From: Spirochaetales bacterium
GTDB lineage: Bacteria; Spirochaetota; Spirochaetia; SZUA-6; RPPD01
Reading direction: 5' to 3'
DNA length: 64,000 nucleotides
Assembly (NCBI GenBank): GCA_016930675.1
Contig: JAFGGG010000043.1
Span: 8,748-72,747, forward strand
Made by a program: the position numbers and the translations under genes. The notes under the pieces were generated by a model. It was not told where the DNA came from, made no database searches, and saw nothing but the letters and a program-made list of their open reading frames with translations. This document shows positions 19,945-28,809 of this stretch, one piece after another. The stretch's first letter is position 1. The number at the start of each line of letters is the position of its first letter.

Positions 19945-20120
19945 GTATGCTTCTCCTCTTAGCAAAACGGGATTGCCGCCGCGCGGCACAGCGTTAAAAC
20001 AGCCGGCCGCCCCGACTTCGGGCTTGTCACTGTATCATAACGTATGTCATTATAATAGACAAGATGATCCGGTCACAGCCGATATCATTTAATTATAATA
20101 ATTTCCGAAAGGTCCTTGCC

Positions 20121-20792
20121 ATGATGATAAGAAAAATATTAAGCATCTCACTGCTTTACATGATAAGCGCGGTTTCCGTGATCAACGCCCAGGATTCTGC
20201 AATCGGAGCGGACATACGCGAAGATGAAAACGGGATTCGCAATGTGTACATAACCAAAGACAGCAAGGTTACCAGTATAACCAAATTCAAAAATCCGCAT
20301 CACATTTACAGCGCGGAATTTTCTCCTTCGCAAAAATGGCTGCTGATAACGCACATGGACTATAAGCCGCTCAAACTGGCGGTATATGATTTATCCACAT
20401 ACAATCTTGTCAAGCGCACAGAACCCGGACACGGCTGGCATTTTTCCTGGACAACTGCGGACACTATCATCCACTACTGGGGCTGCGGTTCAAGTTGTGT
20501 ACAATATACGTTATATGACCATCATTTGAATGTGATGTTTACAAAAGGTACTACTGGCATCACCATCTCTCCTGCAAGAGATAAAATGATAACGTTCCCT
20601 TCAACTGCTGCAGATGACGAGGGAATAATAGTATATTATTTTAAAAATCCAAATAAAGAACACAAAATATCGATTGCTCACCTTTCCAGCGTGGCACGAA
20701 TCATATAGGCAGATAATAATACAGTAATCATCGAATATTATCATAAAAACGGCGAACGCCTGCGGATTACAAAACAGCTGCCGGCCGATTAA
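20121..20792 (+). pseudogene. Secreted hypothetical (beta-propeller-like) gene with in-frame TAG at 20706-20708
   Basis: Signal peptide; the frame continues past the TAG as ADNNTVIIEYYHKNGERLRITKQLPAD*, consistent with TGG>TAG. Confidence 0.55.
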
Positions 20793-20855
20793 GTGTTTAT
20801 TGGTGCTTTAAAACGGGATTCACATCACGAGAAAATGTTTAATATTGCATACATT

Positions 20856-22166
20856 TCACCGCGCCCGCCTGGCCATAAGCAGCACGGTCCGCTCAGCCGT
20901 CTGTGCAGGGATAAGGTTGAACTCTTTCAGCCGGTTCATAAGCTCCACCTTGTTGCCCACCTTCAGTTTGTTATAGATATTGGTGATGTGGCGCTTGAGC
21001 GTGTTCTCCGTCACCCCCACGGCTTCGGCTGTTTCGCGGTTGGTGTAGCCCTCGCTTAAAAGCTGCACAATTTCGGCCTCGCGCCCGGTTATCCGGTAAA
21101 AGGCCTTGAGCTGCCTGAGCTCCTTTACCTCCCTGCCCACCACCAGCACGCCCAGGGCGTCGCCGAAGCGGTCTTTGACCAGTGAGAACCTGGCGTCCAT
21201 GAGTATATCCTCGCTTTTATGATTTTTAAAGTTCAGGCGGCAGGCGAAGTTCGACGCCTTTTGTTTTATCAGGTTTTCGATCTCCGTGCGCAGCTCCGCG
21301 AACCGGGGAACAAAGGGCTCAAGCGAGCTTCCTTCCATTTTATCCCCGCCCAAAAGGGCCCTGGCTTTGTCGTTTACCGTGATGATCTCGCCTCTGGTGT
21401 TGATGAGCAGGATGGGCTCCTCTATTCTGCTCACGATGTCCTTGTTCACCAGCTCCGGAGTGAGGGCGAGCAGGCGGTAGCGCGACAGGCAGATCCAGAA
21501 GCCGATGGTCCAGAAAATATAAAATAATGCCCCGCTGCCTATCCATTCGTATTTAAGCAGCTTGAGTATGTTAAAAAACAGAACCATATAAATCAAAAAT
21601 GCAAGTGTGGCTGCAAACAAAGAAATAAGCAGAACCAGGGCCTGTCGTTTCTCTCTTTTTACGGCAGTGCGGAAAAACCAGATTATATTGATAACCACGA
21701 ACACAAGGGTAAAGAAACCGAAAAAAGAGCAGTACAGATTGAAATTGGCCTGGCCCTCGATGCTGAACAGGCGCCAGGAATCTTCATAGCGGATGAAAGT
21801 TACATAGGGCCAGGTTAAGGAGTTTTTAACGGCCATGGCCGCGCCCGGTATAAGCAAAGCGGCATAATGAAACCATCTCAAACGAATCAGTCTGGACAAC
21901 TGCAGCGACACGATAACAGCCAAAATAGGAAGAAACACACTCAGCGATGTACCGTGAATATAAACAAATAAAATTTGATCTTCACTTTTAAAAAGCTGAT
22001 ATAAAATCGGCGCGAGACAGCCTTCCACAAGAATCATTGTCAATATAAAATAAGTTATATGTATCTTGTGCCTGGGATTCAAAAAAAGCACATGCAGGCC
22101 CATGTACAGATTGATGAAGAGGGCTATCATGCATAAAAGCATAAACACAATCATAAATGCCGGCAC
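20856..22166 (-). CDS. Membrane-bound 7TM-PAS-LuxR transcriptional regulator
   Basis: About 7 TM helices, PAS-like region (ILLINTRGEIITVNDKA), LuxR HTH (ITGREAEIVQL..GYTN..TLKRHITNIYNKL). Confidence 0.88.
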   Translation of the reverse strand: MPAFMIVFMLLCMIALFINLYMGLHVLFLNPRHKIHITYFILTMILVEGCLAPILYQLFKSEDQILFVYIHGTSLSVFLPILAVIVSLQLSRLIRLRWFHYAALLIPGAAMAVKNSLTWPYVTFIRYEDSWRLFSIEGQANFNLYCSFFGFFTLVFVVINIIWFFRTAVKREKRQALVLLISLFAATLAFLIYMVLFFNILKLLKYEWIGSGALFYIFWTIGFWICLSRYRLLALTPELVNKDIVSRIEEPILLINTRGEIITVNDKARALLGGDKMEGSSLEPFVPRFAELRTEIENLIKQKASNFACRLNFKNHKSEDILMDARFSLVKDRFGDALGVLVVGREVKELRQLKAFYRITGREAEIVQLLSEGYTNRETAEAVGVTENTLKRHITNIYNKLKVGNKVELMNRLKEFNLIPAQTAERTVLLMARRAR

Positions 22167-22256
22167 CGTGATGTTCTGTTGTTGAGATAATTATAATAGA
22201 AATAAAAAGAGGTGTAAAACAGATTTTTTTAGCGAATTACCCGGAGGACCGCGCGT

Positions 22257-22690
22257 TCACCTGCACAATTTCTGAAAATCCTTATCGCCCCGGAGATTCA
22301 TGTAAAAGAGATTCAGTACGGCGCTGTCTTTGTAAGAGGCGTCAAGATCGACGGCCTTCTTTAAATCGGAGAGCGATTTGTTCTTGTCGCCCTTCATGCA
22401 GTACGCGCCGCCGCGATTAAAGTACGCGTCCGCGAAATTGGGATTCAGTTTGACGGCCTTGTCAAAATCGAATTTCTTGCTCCAGCAAATACCGCGGTTG
22501 AAGTAGGCCGCGGACAGGTTCTTCAGGGAAAGCTCTCCGGAGTCAATGGCTTTTGTGTAAAGCCTGACGGCCGTATCCCAGTAGCCGCTTTATGCGCCGC
22601 GATGCCTGCTTCCAGATCATCAAAGCCATCGGCCCAGACTAAAAAAGCTGTGCACGCGAGTAAAAATAAAACATATGACAGCTTGTTCAT
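22257..22690 (-). pseudogene. Frameshifted secreted TPR protein
   Basis: MNKLSYVLF..AHK, then a one-base shift near 22590 to SGYWDTAVRLYTKAIDSG..AYFNRG..AYFNRGG..LRGDKDFQKLCR*; span 434 nt, not a multiple of 3. Confidence 0.8.
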
Positions 22691-22805
22691 TCCGCCTCCC
22701 TTCCGGGCAAGCACTGAAACAAGTGCAGGCTTGCCGGTATGACAGGCAATGCGAAGATTGTATTTCGCATTGCCCGCCTCCTTATTATATATAGAAATGA
22801 ATAAC

Positions 22806-22831
22806 CCGCCCGGGAAAATGCATCCGGGCGG
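22806..22831 (-). terminator. Hairpin downstream of the FG-GAP gene
   Basis: CCGCCCGG/CCGGGCGG stem with a weak U-tract. Confidence 0.45.
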
Positions 22832-22853
22832 ACTGTCTATTAATCAACTTGCC

Positions 22854-24158
22854 TTATTCCTTTTTATAAACATACGCCGCGCCGCAATCAGTGCCGGTCC
22901 CGTTCTCACCATACGCTCCCACGATGGCATAATCTCCTGCCATAGCAACTGAACAACCCAAATAATCATCATCTGCCGCGTCGCTTGCCGTAAGTTTTGT
23001 CACCTCTCCCCAATTGTCTGATCCTCCCTGATTGCGGTAATAGATATACACCGCCCCGCGATCACTGCCGGCTCCGTCTTCTAATTCTGCTCCGACGATG
23101 ACGTAATCAACAGATATGGCTACTGAACTACCAAAGATATCACCATCTGCCGCATCACTTGCCGTAAGCTTTATCACCTCTCCCCAGTTGTCGGCTCCTC
23201 CCTGATCGCGGTTAAAGATATACACCGCCCCGCGATCACTGCCGGCACCATCTTCCTCTTCTGCTCCTACAATGGCATGATCTTCTGAGATAGCCACAGA
23301 ACAGCCAAAATAATCAACATTTGCCGCATCACTTGCCGTAAGCTTTTTAACCTCTCCCCAGTTGTTAGCCCCGCCCTGGTCGCGGTGATAGATATACGCC
23401 GCGCCGCGATTACTGCCGGCACCATCTTCAAGCCATGCGCCCACAATGGCATAATCACCTGAGATGGCTACCGAACGGCCAAATTGATCTGTATCTTCCG
23501 CATCGCTGGCCGTAAGCTTTGTCACCTCTCCCCAGTTGTCGGCTCCTCCCTGATCGCGGTTAAAGATATACGCCGCGCCGCGATTACTGCCGGCCCCATC
23601 TTCCAAAAATGCTCCCGCAACAGCATAATCCCCTGAGATGGCTACCGAACAACCAAAATAATCATCATCTGCCGCGTCGCTGGCCGTAAGTTTTTTAACC
23701 TCTCCCCAGTTGTCGGCTCCTCCCTGATCGCGGTTAAAGATATACGCCGCGCCGCGATTACTGCCGGCTCCGTCTTCATAGTAGGCACCAACAATGGCAT
23801 AATCACCTGATATAGCTACTGAGTAACCAAACAAATCAGTATTCTCCGCGTCACTGGCCATAAGTTTGGTCACCTCTCCCCAGTTGTTTGATCCTCCCTG
23901 GTTGCAATAATAGATGTAAGCCGCTCCACGATTGCCAATTACTCCGTCTTCATAGGGTGCACCCACAATGGCATAATCACCTGATACGGATACTGAATCG
24001 CCGAACCAATCATCAATTTCCGCATCGCTGGCCGCAAGCTTCTTTACTTCACTAAAGGACACCTCACCGCCTCCTCCTCCGCCTCCACTCTGCAGCGAAC
24101 AGTCGGGAGTCAAAAAAATTGCCGCAACAACAAAAACAAATAAAAAGCCTTTTTTCAT
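22854..24158 (-). CDS. FG-GAP repeat (integrin alpha-like 7-bladed propeller) exported protein/lipoprotein
   Basis: Signal peptide with Cys, poly-Gly linker, seven 58-aa FG.SVAISGDYAIVGA repeats. Confidence 0.92.
   Translation of the reverse strand: MKKGFLFVFVVAAIFLTPDCSLQSGGGGGGGEVSFSEVKKLAASDAEIDDWFGDSVSVSGDYAIVGAPYEDGVIGNRGAAYIYYCNQGGSNNWGEVTKLMASDAENTDLFGYSVAISGDYAIVGAYYEDGAGSNRGAAYIFNRDQGGADNWGEVKKLTASDAADDDYFGCSVAISGDYAVAGAFLEDGAGSNRGAAYIFNRDQGGADNWGEVTKLTASDAEDTDQFGRSVAISGDYAIVGAWLEDGAGSNRGAAYIYHRDQGGANNWGEVKKLTASDAANVDYFGCSVAISEDHAIVGAEEEDGAGSDRGAVYIFNRDQGGADNWGEVIKLTASDAADGDIFGSSVAISVDYVIVGAELEDGAGSDRGAVYIYYRNQGGSDNWGEVTKLTASDAADDDYLGCSVAMAGDYAIVGAYGENGTGTDCGAAYVYKKE
22863..24052 (-). 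repeat. Seven intragenic tandem repeats of 174 bp
   Basis: ACCTCTCCCCA recurs at a 174-bp period (23002, 23176, 23350...). Confidence 0.9.
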
Positions 24159-24220
24159 AATCACGCCTCCTAAAAAAATATATATAAGGTAAATAGATAG
24201 CCCGCCGCGTAATTTCTGAC

Positions 24221-24238
24221 ATCACCCGAAAGTAGTAG
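24221..24238. promoter_or_regulatory. Candidate LuxR/NarL-type operator upstream of the FG-GAP gene
   Basis: Imperfect dyad ATCACC-CGAAAG-TAGTAG about 60-80 bp upstream of the start. Confidence 0.4.
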
Positions 24239-24266
24239 ATGAGAAAAATATTGTAATTATTGCTTT

Positions 24267-24974
24267 TTATGCCCCGGATTTCAGCAGAACAACCCTGTCC
24301 GCCGTCTAATCCGGGATAAGGCTGTTTTTATTTCACCTTGAGTGTTTATAAGCACTACAAGTTCATCGACTCTGGTAACTACGTCCCTGCTTACAGGCTC
24401 TGGTGTAAGCGAAAGCATGCGGTAGCGCGACAGGCAGATCCAGAAGCCGATTGTCCAGAAGATGAAAAACAGGATACCGTCACCCAGCCATTCGAATTCG
24501 ATCCATTTGAAGATATGCAGCGCAAAAACCATATAAAAAATAAATTATAAAATGATCATGGCAGTCAATACTCGATAAGCGCCATGAATTCCCGTAACGC
24601 ATGAAGGTTGCATAGGGAGTGGTCAGAGAGTTTTTTACCGCTATAACAAAGGCGGGCAGAAAAATCAGGACATAATGATACTTTTTTAACTCAATCAGTT
24701 TGGACAGCTGAAGTATTAGTATAACAGTCAATGGCATGATAAAAAAATTCAATGACGTATCGTGCTTATACAGTAAAAGAATATTCTCTTGTTTTTCAAA
24801 AAGCTGCATCGATATGACTGAAAGAATACCAATCGACAGGATAAGACTTAATAAAAAGTAAGTGATATGTGTTTTATGCTTCGGATTTATAAACAGGACA
24901 TGAAGGCCCATATAAAGATTGATGAAAAGGATTATCATACAGATGAGTATAAATCCGATCATAAAAGTGATCAT
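24267..24974 (-). pseudogene. Degenerate paralog of the 7TM-PAS-LuxR gene with two internal deletions
   Basis: Three segments match the intact gene: N-terminus (NLYMGLHVLF.NP), TM7 (FWTIGFWICLSRYR) and extreme C-terminus (LIPD*TADRVVLL vs LIPAQTAERTVLL). Confidence 0.85.
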
Positions 24975-25253
24975 TATGATAGGATATTATTGTAAAATAA
25001 TCAAATATATAAATTACGAAATCACCGCGAGGAGCTGAGACCGGGAGAAAAACAGAGAATGATTTAAGAAGTTATAGGTTTATTTGTATTATCCTTTTCT
25101 ATAAAACCAATCCTCCATGAGGTTATCAGCTGTTTGAATATCATGTTACCATGTCTGCCGTCTATTCAATAGATATTTAAATAGAATTTGAATTTTGTTT
25201 ATAATATATTATATAATAATTATACAATATTAATTAAAGAGGAGGAGTTATTT

Positions 25254-25910
25254 ATGAGAAATACTCTGTATAAGGTATTGATTGTTTTTCTGTTGTTTTT
25301 GGTACCGGCTGCGGCTTTCAGCCAGGACATAAAGATTGGGATAAAGGCCGGAGTAGGACTGCCGTTTTACACGGGAGAGGATTATGACAATTTTATTTCT
25401 CCATTGGAGACACAAATTGTTATCGGATGGGGAGGAGGAGCATTCATTTCGTTGGGATTTGATATGATAGCCATTCAGGTAGAACTGCTGTATACCGCCG
25501 CCGGAGGACAGTTTGGGGATTCTTCCGGTTCATGGGTGAATTATGACAATTTTTTGGAAATACCGGTATTGGTGAAACTGAGATTCAAGATATCGGAGAT
25601 GACTGCTTATGTTTTTGCCGGACCTGATGTTTTAATTAAAGCCGGAGATTTCGATTTCGAAACATTTGATGCCGATGGCAACAGCACCGCCACCGGAAAC
25701 TGGATTGATGACAATTTGGAACCGGTACAGTATGGTTTGGTTATCGGAGGCGGGCTCGATATACCAATGGGCAGTTATTTTATATCTGTTGACGTACGCT
25801 ATATGTTAGGTATCACGACAAGACATAATGAAGACATGCCTGCTCTTACCGGTCAGGAATGGTACCAGAATAATATTCAGCTTATGGTTGGTTTCGGAAT
25901 AAGTTTGTAA
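25254..25910 (+). CDS. Outer-membrane beta-barrel (PorT/porin-family) protein
   Basis: Signal peptide; IGIKAG, IQVELLY, LEIPVLVK, FAGP, DVRYMLG motifs; GGAGG RBS. Confidence 0.85.
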   Translation: MRNTLYKVLIVFLLFLVPAAAFSQDIKIGIKAGVGLPFYTGEDYDNFISPLETQIVIGWGGGAFISLGFDMIAIQVELLYTAAGGQFGDSSGSWVNYDNFLEIPVLVKLRFKISEMTAYVFAGPDVLIKAGDFDFETFDADGNSTATGNWIDDNLEPVQYGLVIGGGLDIPMGSYFISVDVRYMLGITTRHNEDMPALTGQEWYQNNIQLMVGFGISL

Positions 25911-26148
25911 TATTTACCGAACACTGCCATTCAATTTGAATTACGATCTCTGCAATAAGCTGCCAAATAATCAGGATGGCTTTCCGGTTTTTGGGGACAA
26001 AAGACAGTATCGATTAAAAAGGCCGCATGTGTCGGCAGCAGGTTTTTTATGTTTCCATGGTTATTGAACAACGGAAATAGTATCTAGTTATCTATTCTAT
26101 GCCGCAATTTGCTACAGGGTATCCAATAATATTTTTTAACATCTTTTC

Positions 26149-26179
26149 TTGACCTGACTATAGCTTTACAGTTTATCTT
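26149..26179 (+). promoter_or_regulatory. MerR-type promoter with 19-bp spacer and dyad operator
   Basis: TTGACC-N19-TATCTT with a CTG..CTATAG..CAG dyad; a MerR gene lies downstream. Confidence 0.7.
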
Positions 26180-26229
26180 CTTATTAAACGGGTCTCGAGC
26201 CCCAAAATTCTAGTAAAACACATGGAGGT

Positions 26230-26796
26230 ATGAAACGTATGGACACGAAAAAATCGGACAACATCGTGCAGTCTTACCTGCGGCAAAATCCCAAATTACA
26301 GAGGAGAGCTTTGAGCTTTTCCGCGACCTGGCATACTACGGCGGACAAACTCTTTCCCCTGTTATGTCCGGCCAGAGAAGCCGACTGGATTCCCGGCTGG
26401 AATTGCAGGATGATCTATTCAGGTACGGGTTACGCGGAAGACAAATGCGTGTTTACCACGGATGCAGCCAATCCGTTGGGAAGCGGTACGTGGGCGTTCA
26501 CGCGTTATGAACAAAATAAGCTGGTGAAATTCGTGCGCATCGATCAAAATATCTTCACCCACGCCGGCATAACACTGACGGACAATAATGACGGAACGGT
26601 TACGGGAACATGGAACCTTATTGATACCGCGTTAACGGAAAAAGGCAATAAGCAGCTTGAAAAGCAGCCAGATCCTGATGAATCGGCACGGGCAATCTTT
26701 CACATGATCGACACTTATCTTAAAAAGGGGAAAAAACAGGGCAGAGCTTCGCTGTTCATGAAAATGCTTCACGGGCATAAATCGGGCGGAGATTGA
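26230..26796 (+). CDS. SRPBCC/START-like hypothetical protein
   Basis: LFPLLCP.RE.DWIPGW..IYS.TGYAE..CVF.T pattern; GGAGG RBS. Confidence 0.7.
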   Translation: MKRMDTKKSDNIVQSYLRQNPKLQRRALSFSATWHTTADKLFPLLCPAREADWIPGWNCRMIYSGTGYAEDKCVFTTDAANPLGSGTWAFTRYEQNKLVKFVRIDQNIFTHAGITLTDNNDGTVTGTWNLIDTALTEKGNKQLEKQPDPDESARAIFHMIDTYLKKGKKQGRASLFMKMLHGHKSGGD

Positions 26797-26821
26797 CTTT
26801 AAGGCGGGCGCCCACTATACT
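26793..26821 (+). promoter_or_regulatory. sigma70 promoter of the MerR gene
   Basis: TTGACT-N17-TATACT. Confidence 0.65.
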
Positions 26822-26838
26822 TCTTATGAAAATAACTC

Positions 26839-27411
26839 ATGCCTATGTATTTGATTCGTGAGCTGGCTCGCAAATATAATCTTACCCGCTCCTCACTGCT
26901 GTATTACGATTCCATCGGCCTGCTGTCGCCGAGGGGCAGAACGCAGGCGGGGTACCGTGTGTATAACGATGGAGACGAAAAACGGCTTGCAAACATCATA
27001 CTCTTTCGCTCCATGGGCATATCGCTCAGCCAGATAAAAGAACTGCTGGAAAACGACCATTCCAAACTGGCCTCGGTACTGTTTAAACGCCTGGGGCATT
27101 TGAATCAGGAAATCGCGGCTTTAAGAAATCAGCAAAAAAATATTATTAATCTGCTGAAAGAGGTGGGAAATTTAAAAAAGTTCATAGACACCCTGAAAAA
27201 CAGGCGTGTGAATATGTCTCTGCTGGACGGTATCGATCCGCTGGAATGGCACAGGCGGTTTGAAGAAATGTCGCCGGACATCCACGGGGAACTGCTGGCC
27301 ATCATCCGTTCCATACCTGAAGAAGTGAAGAAACATCATCTCAGCGCGCTTGCATCCCTACCGGAAAAGCAGAGAAAAGAACTCAACAGATTTATAGAGA
27401 GGATCCACTAA
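26839..27411 (+). CDS. MerR-family transcriptional regulator
   Basis: IRELA..LLYYDSIGLL.P..RT.AGYRVY motif followed by a coiled coil. Confidence 0.92.
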   Translation: MPMYLIRELARKYNLTRSSLLYYDSIGLLSPRGRTQAGYRVYNDGDEKRLANIILFRSMGISLSQIKELLENDHSKLASVLFKRLGHLNQEIAALRNQQKNIINLLKEVGNLKKFIDTLKNRRVNMSLLDGIDPLEWHRRFEEMSPDIHGELLAIIRSIPEEVKKHHLSALASLPEKQRKELNRFIERIH

Positions 27412-27416
27412 AAATT

Positions 27417-28136
27417 ATGCACGTAAATGCAATCGACATCAACGCGGGGGCCTTTCCCACAGACGAGTATTATCCTTTCAACCTGGAGATCATGCGCAAA
27501 ACACCCGGGCTGGAACTGAAAAAAGCGGTAAGTTTTTTTGTGGGGGAAAACGGTTCGGGCAAGTCCACCCTGCTCAAGGCCATTTCCACGGCCTGCGGTT
27601 ACTATATCTGGCAGGGAGTGACGCGCCAGCCTGCCTTTACCAATCCCTACGAAAAGTACTTGTACAAGCACCTTACCGTACACTGGGTGAACGGCAGAAC
27701 ACCCGGTTCTTTTTTCGCGGCCGAGTTGTTTAAAAATTTCTCCGTGATATTGGATGATTGGGCAAGAGACGATCCCGGTCTGCTTGACTATTTCGGCGGA
27801 TCATCACTCGTGGCCCAATCACACGGCCAGAGTCATATGGCCTTCTTTAAAAGCCGCTTCGAACGCAAGGGGCTTTATCTTCTGGATGAACCGGAAAACG
27901 CCCTCTCCCCTCTGCACCAGATCGAGCTGCTGCATCTGCTGCGCGACATGTCCCGCGACGGGCACGCCCAGTTCATCATCGCCTCGCATTCGCCGATCCT
28001 GCTTGCTTTGCCCGAAGCCGACATCTTCAGTTTCAATCATGTTCCTATAAAAAAGATCTCGTATGAACAAACCGATTATTATAAGGTGTATAAAGAATTC
28101 CTGAACAACAGGAAAAAATATTTATCTGATGTATAA
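27417..28136 (+). CDS. ABC-type/AAA ATPase (COG3910-like)
   Basis: Walker A GENGSGKST, QSHGQS signature, LLDEPE, ASHSPIL. Confidence 0.9.
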   Translation: MHVNAIDINAGAFPTDEYYPFNLEIMRKTPGLELKKAVSFFVGENGSGKSTLLKAISTACGYYIWQGVTRQPAFTNPYEKYLYKHLTVHWVNGRTPGSFFAAELFKNFSVILDDWARDDPGLLDYFGGSSLVAQSHGQSHMAFFKSRFERKGLYLLDEPENALSPLHQIELLHLLRDMSRDGHAQFIIASHSPILLALPEADIFSFNHVPIKKISYEQTDYYKVYKEFLNNRKKYLSDV

Positions 28137-28178
28137 TATTATAAAAGTGTGTATTATCACAAAAAATCGGAGGATTGA

Positions 28179-28604
28179 ATGAAAAAAATATTATTACTCC
28201 TTACAGCGGTATTACTGTTTTCGGGATGCGCATCAACTTTCTTCATCAATGGTGCCGACAAAATTCCTGAAAACCAGCGTGTGAAAATTGTCCATGACAA
28301 ATACATTGCTATTGGCAAAATAGACGACGAGTGGGTCCCTGCAACAGCCAGAAGCATGGGCTCTCCGCAGGAGTACACGTACTTCCTTACACCCGGAGCT
28401 CATATCGTGCATATACAATATATCACAATGGAGGACGAGGGATTCGCGATTATTATCCGTCCCGGCGAGGATGCAGAATTCAAGAAGGATACCAGGAAGG
28501 ATCCTGTTGAGTTGAGGTATGTATTTGAGGCAGGGAAAACATATGTGATCAACTATACATTCCCTGACGAGTATTCTATTAAATATTCCATAGAAGAACG
28601 CTAA
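28179..28604 (+). CDS. Hypothetical lipoprotein
   Basis: Lipobox FSGC; LTPG.H and FEAGKTY motifs; GGAGG RBS. Confidence 0.75.
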   Translation: MKKILLLLTAVLLFSGCASTFFINGADKIPENQRVKIVHDKYIAIGKIDDEWVPATARSMGSPQEYTYFLTPGAHIVHIQYITMEDEGFAIIIRPGEDAEFKKDTRKDPVELRYVFEAGKTYVINYTFPDEYSIKYSIEER

Positions 28605-28707
28605 AGGTTTGGTGAAGCGCACTAGACGGCAGTGCTCTCCTGAAGCCCCTGTACAGACCAATGACAATAGTATTCTTGAAAATTCGCGGTGCTATTTTAG
28701 CTTTACT

Positions 28708-28736
28708 TTGACACTCCTTTTTAAATAATATATAAA
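28708..28736 (+). promoter_or_regulatory. sigma70-type promoter of the aconitase gene
   Basis: TTGACA-N17-TATAAA. Confidence 0.5.
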
Positions 28737-28809
28737 TGATGAATTGACGGCCTTTTCATTAAGGGGCCGGGCGGCAATCGACCCATTCAATTTTAAAACG
28801 GAGGAAGCT

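Noticed and set aside
20706-20708. Genome-wide TAG reassignment or pyrrolysine
   Set aside because: TAG is a normal stop for several conserved genes here (aconitase, FHA, ndk, TetR), and no pyl genes are seen.
22863-24052. CRISPR array or DGR template/variable repeats
   Set aside because: Repeats are in-frame 174-bp coding units without spacers; no cas or reverse transcriptase gene, and variation is not obviously adenine-specific.
27417-28136. Anti-phage ATPase (PARIS/Gabija/Septu type)
   Set aside because: Matches the common stand-alone SHG-signature ATPase family, with no adjacent nuclease or TOPRIM gene.
28605-28665. Possible structured RNA or IS-end remnant after the lipoprotein gene
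   Set aside because: Only short stems, no second copy in the window and no recognised consensus.
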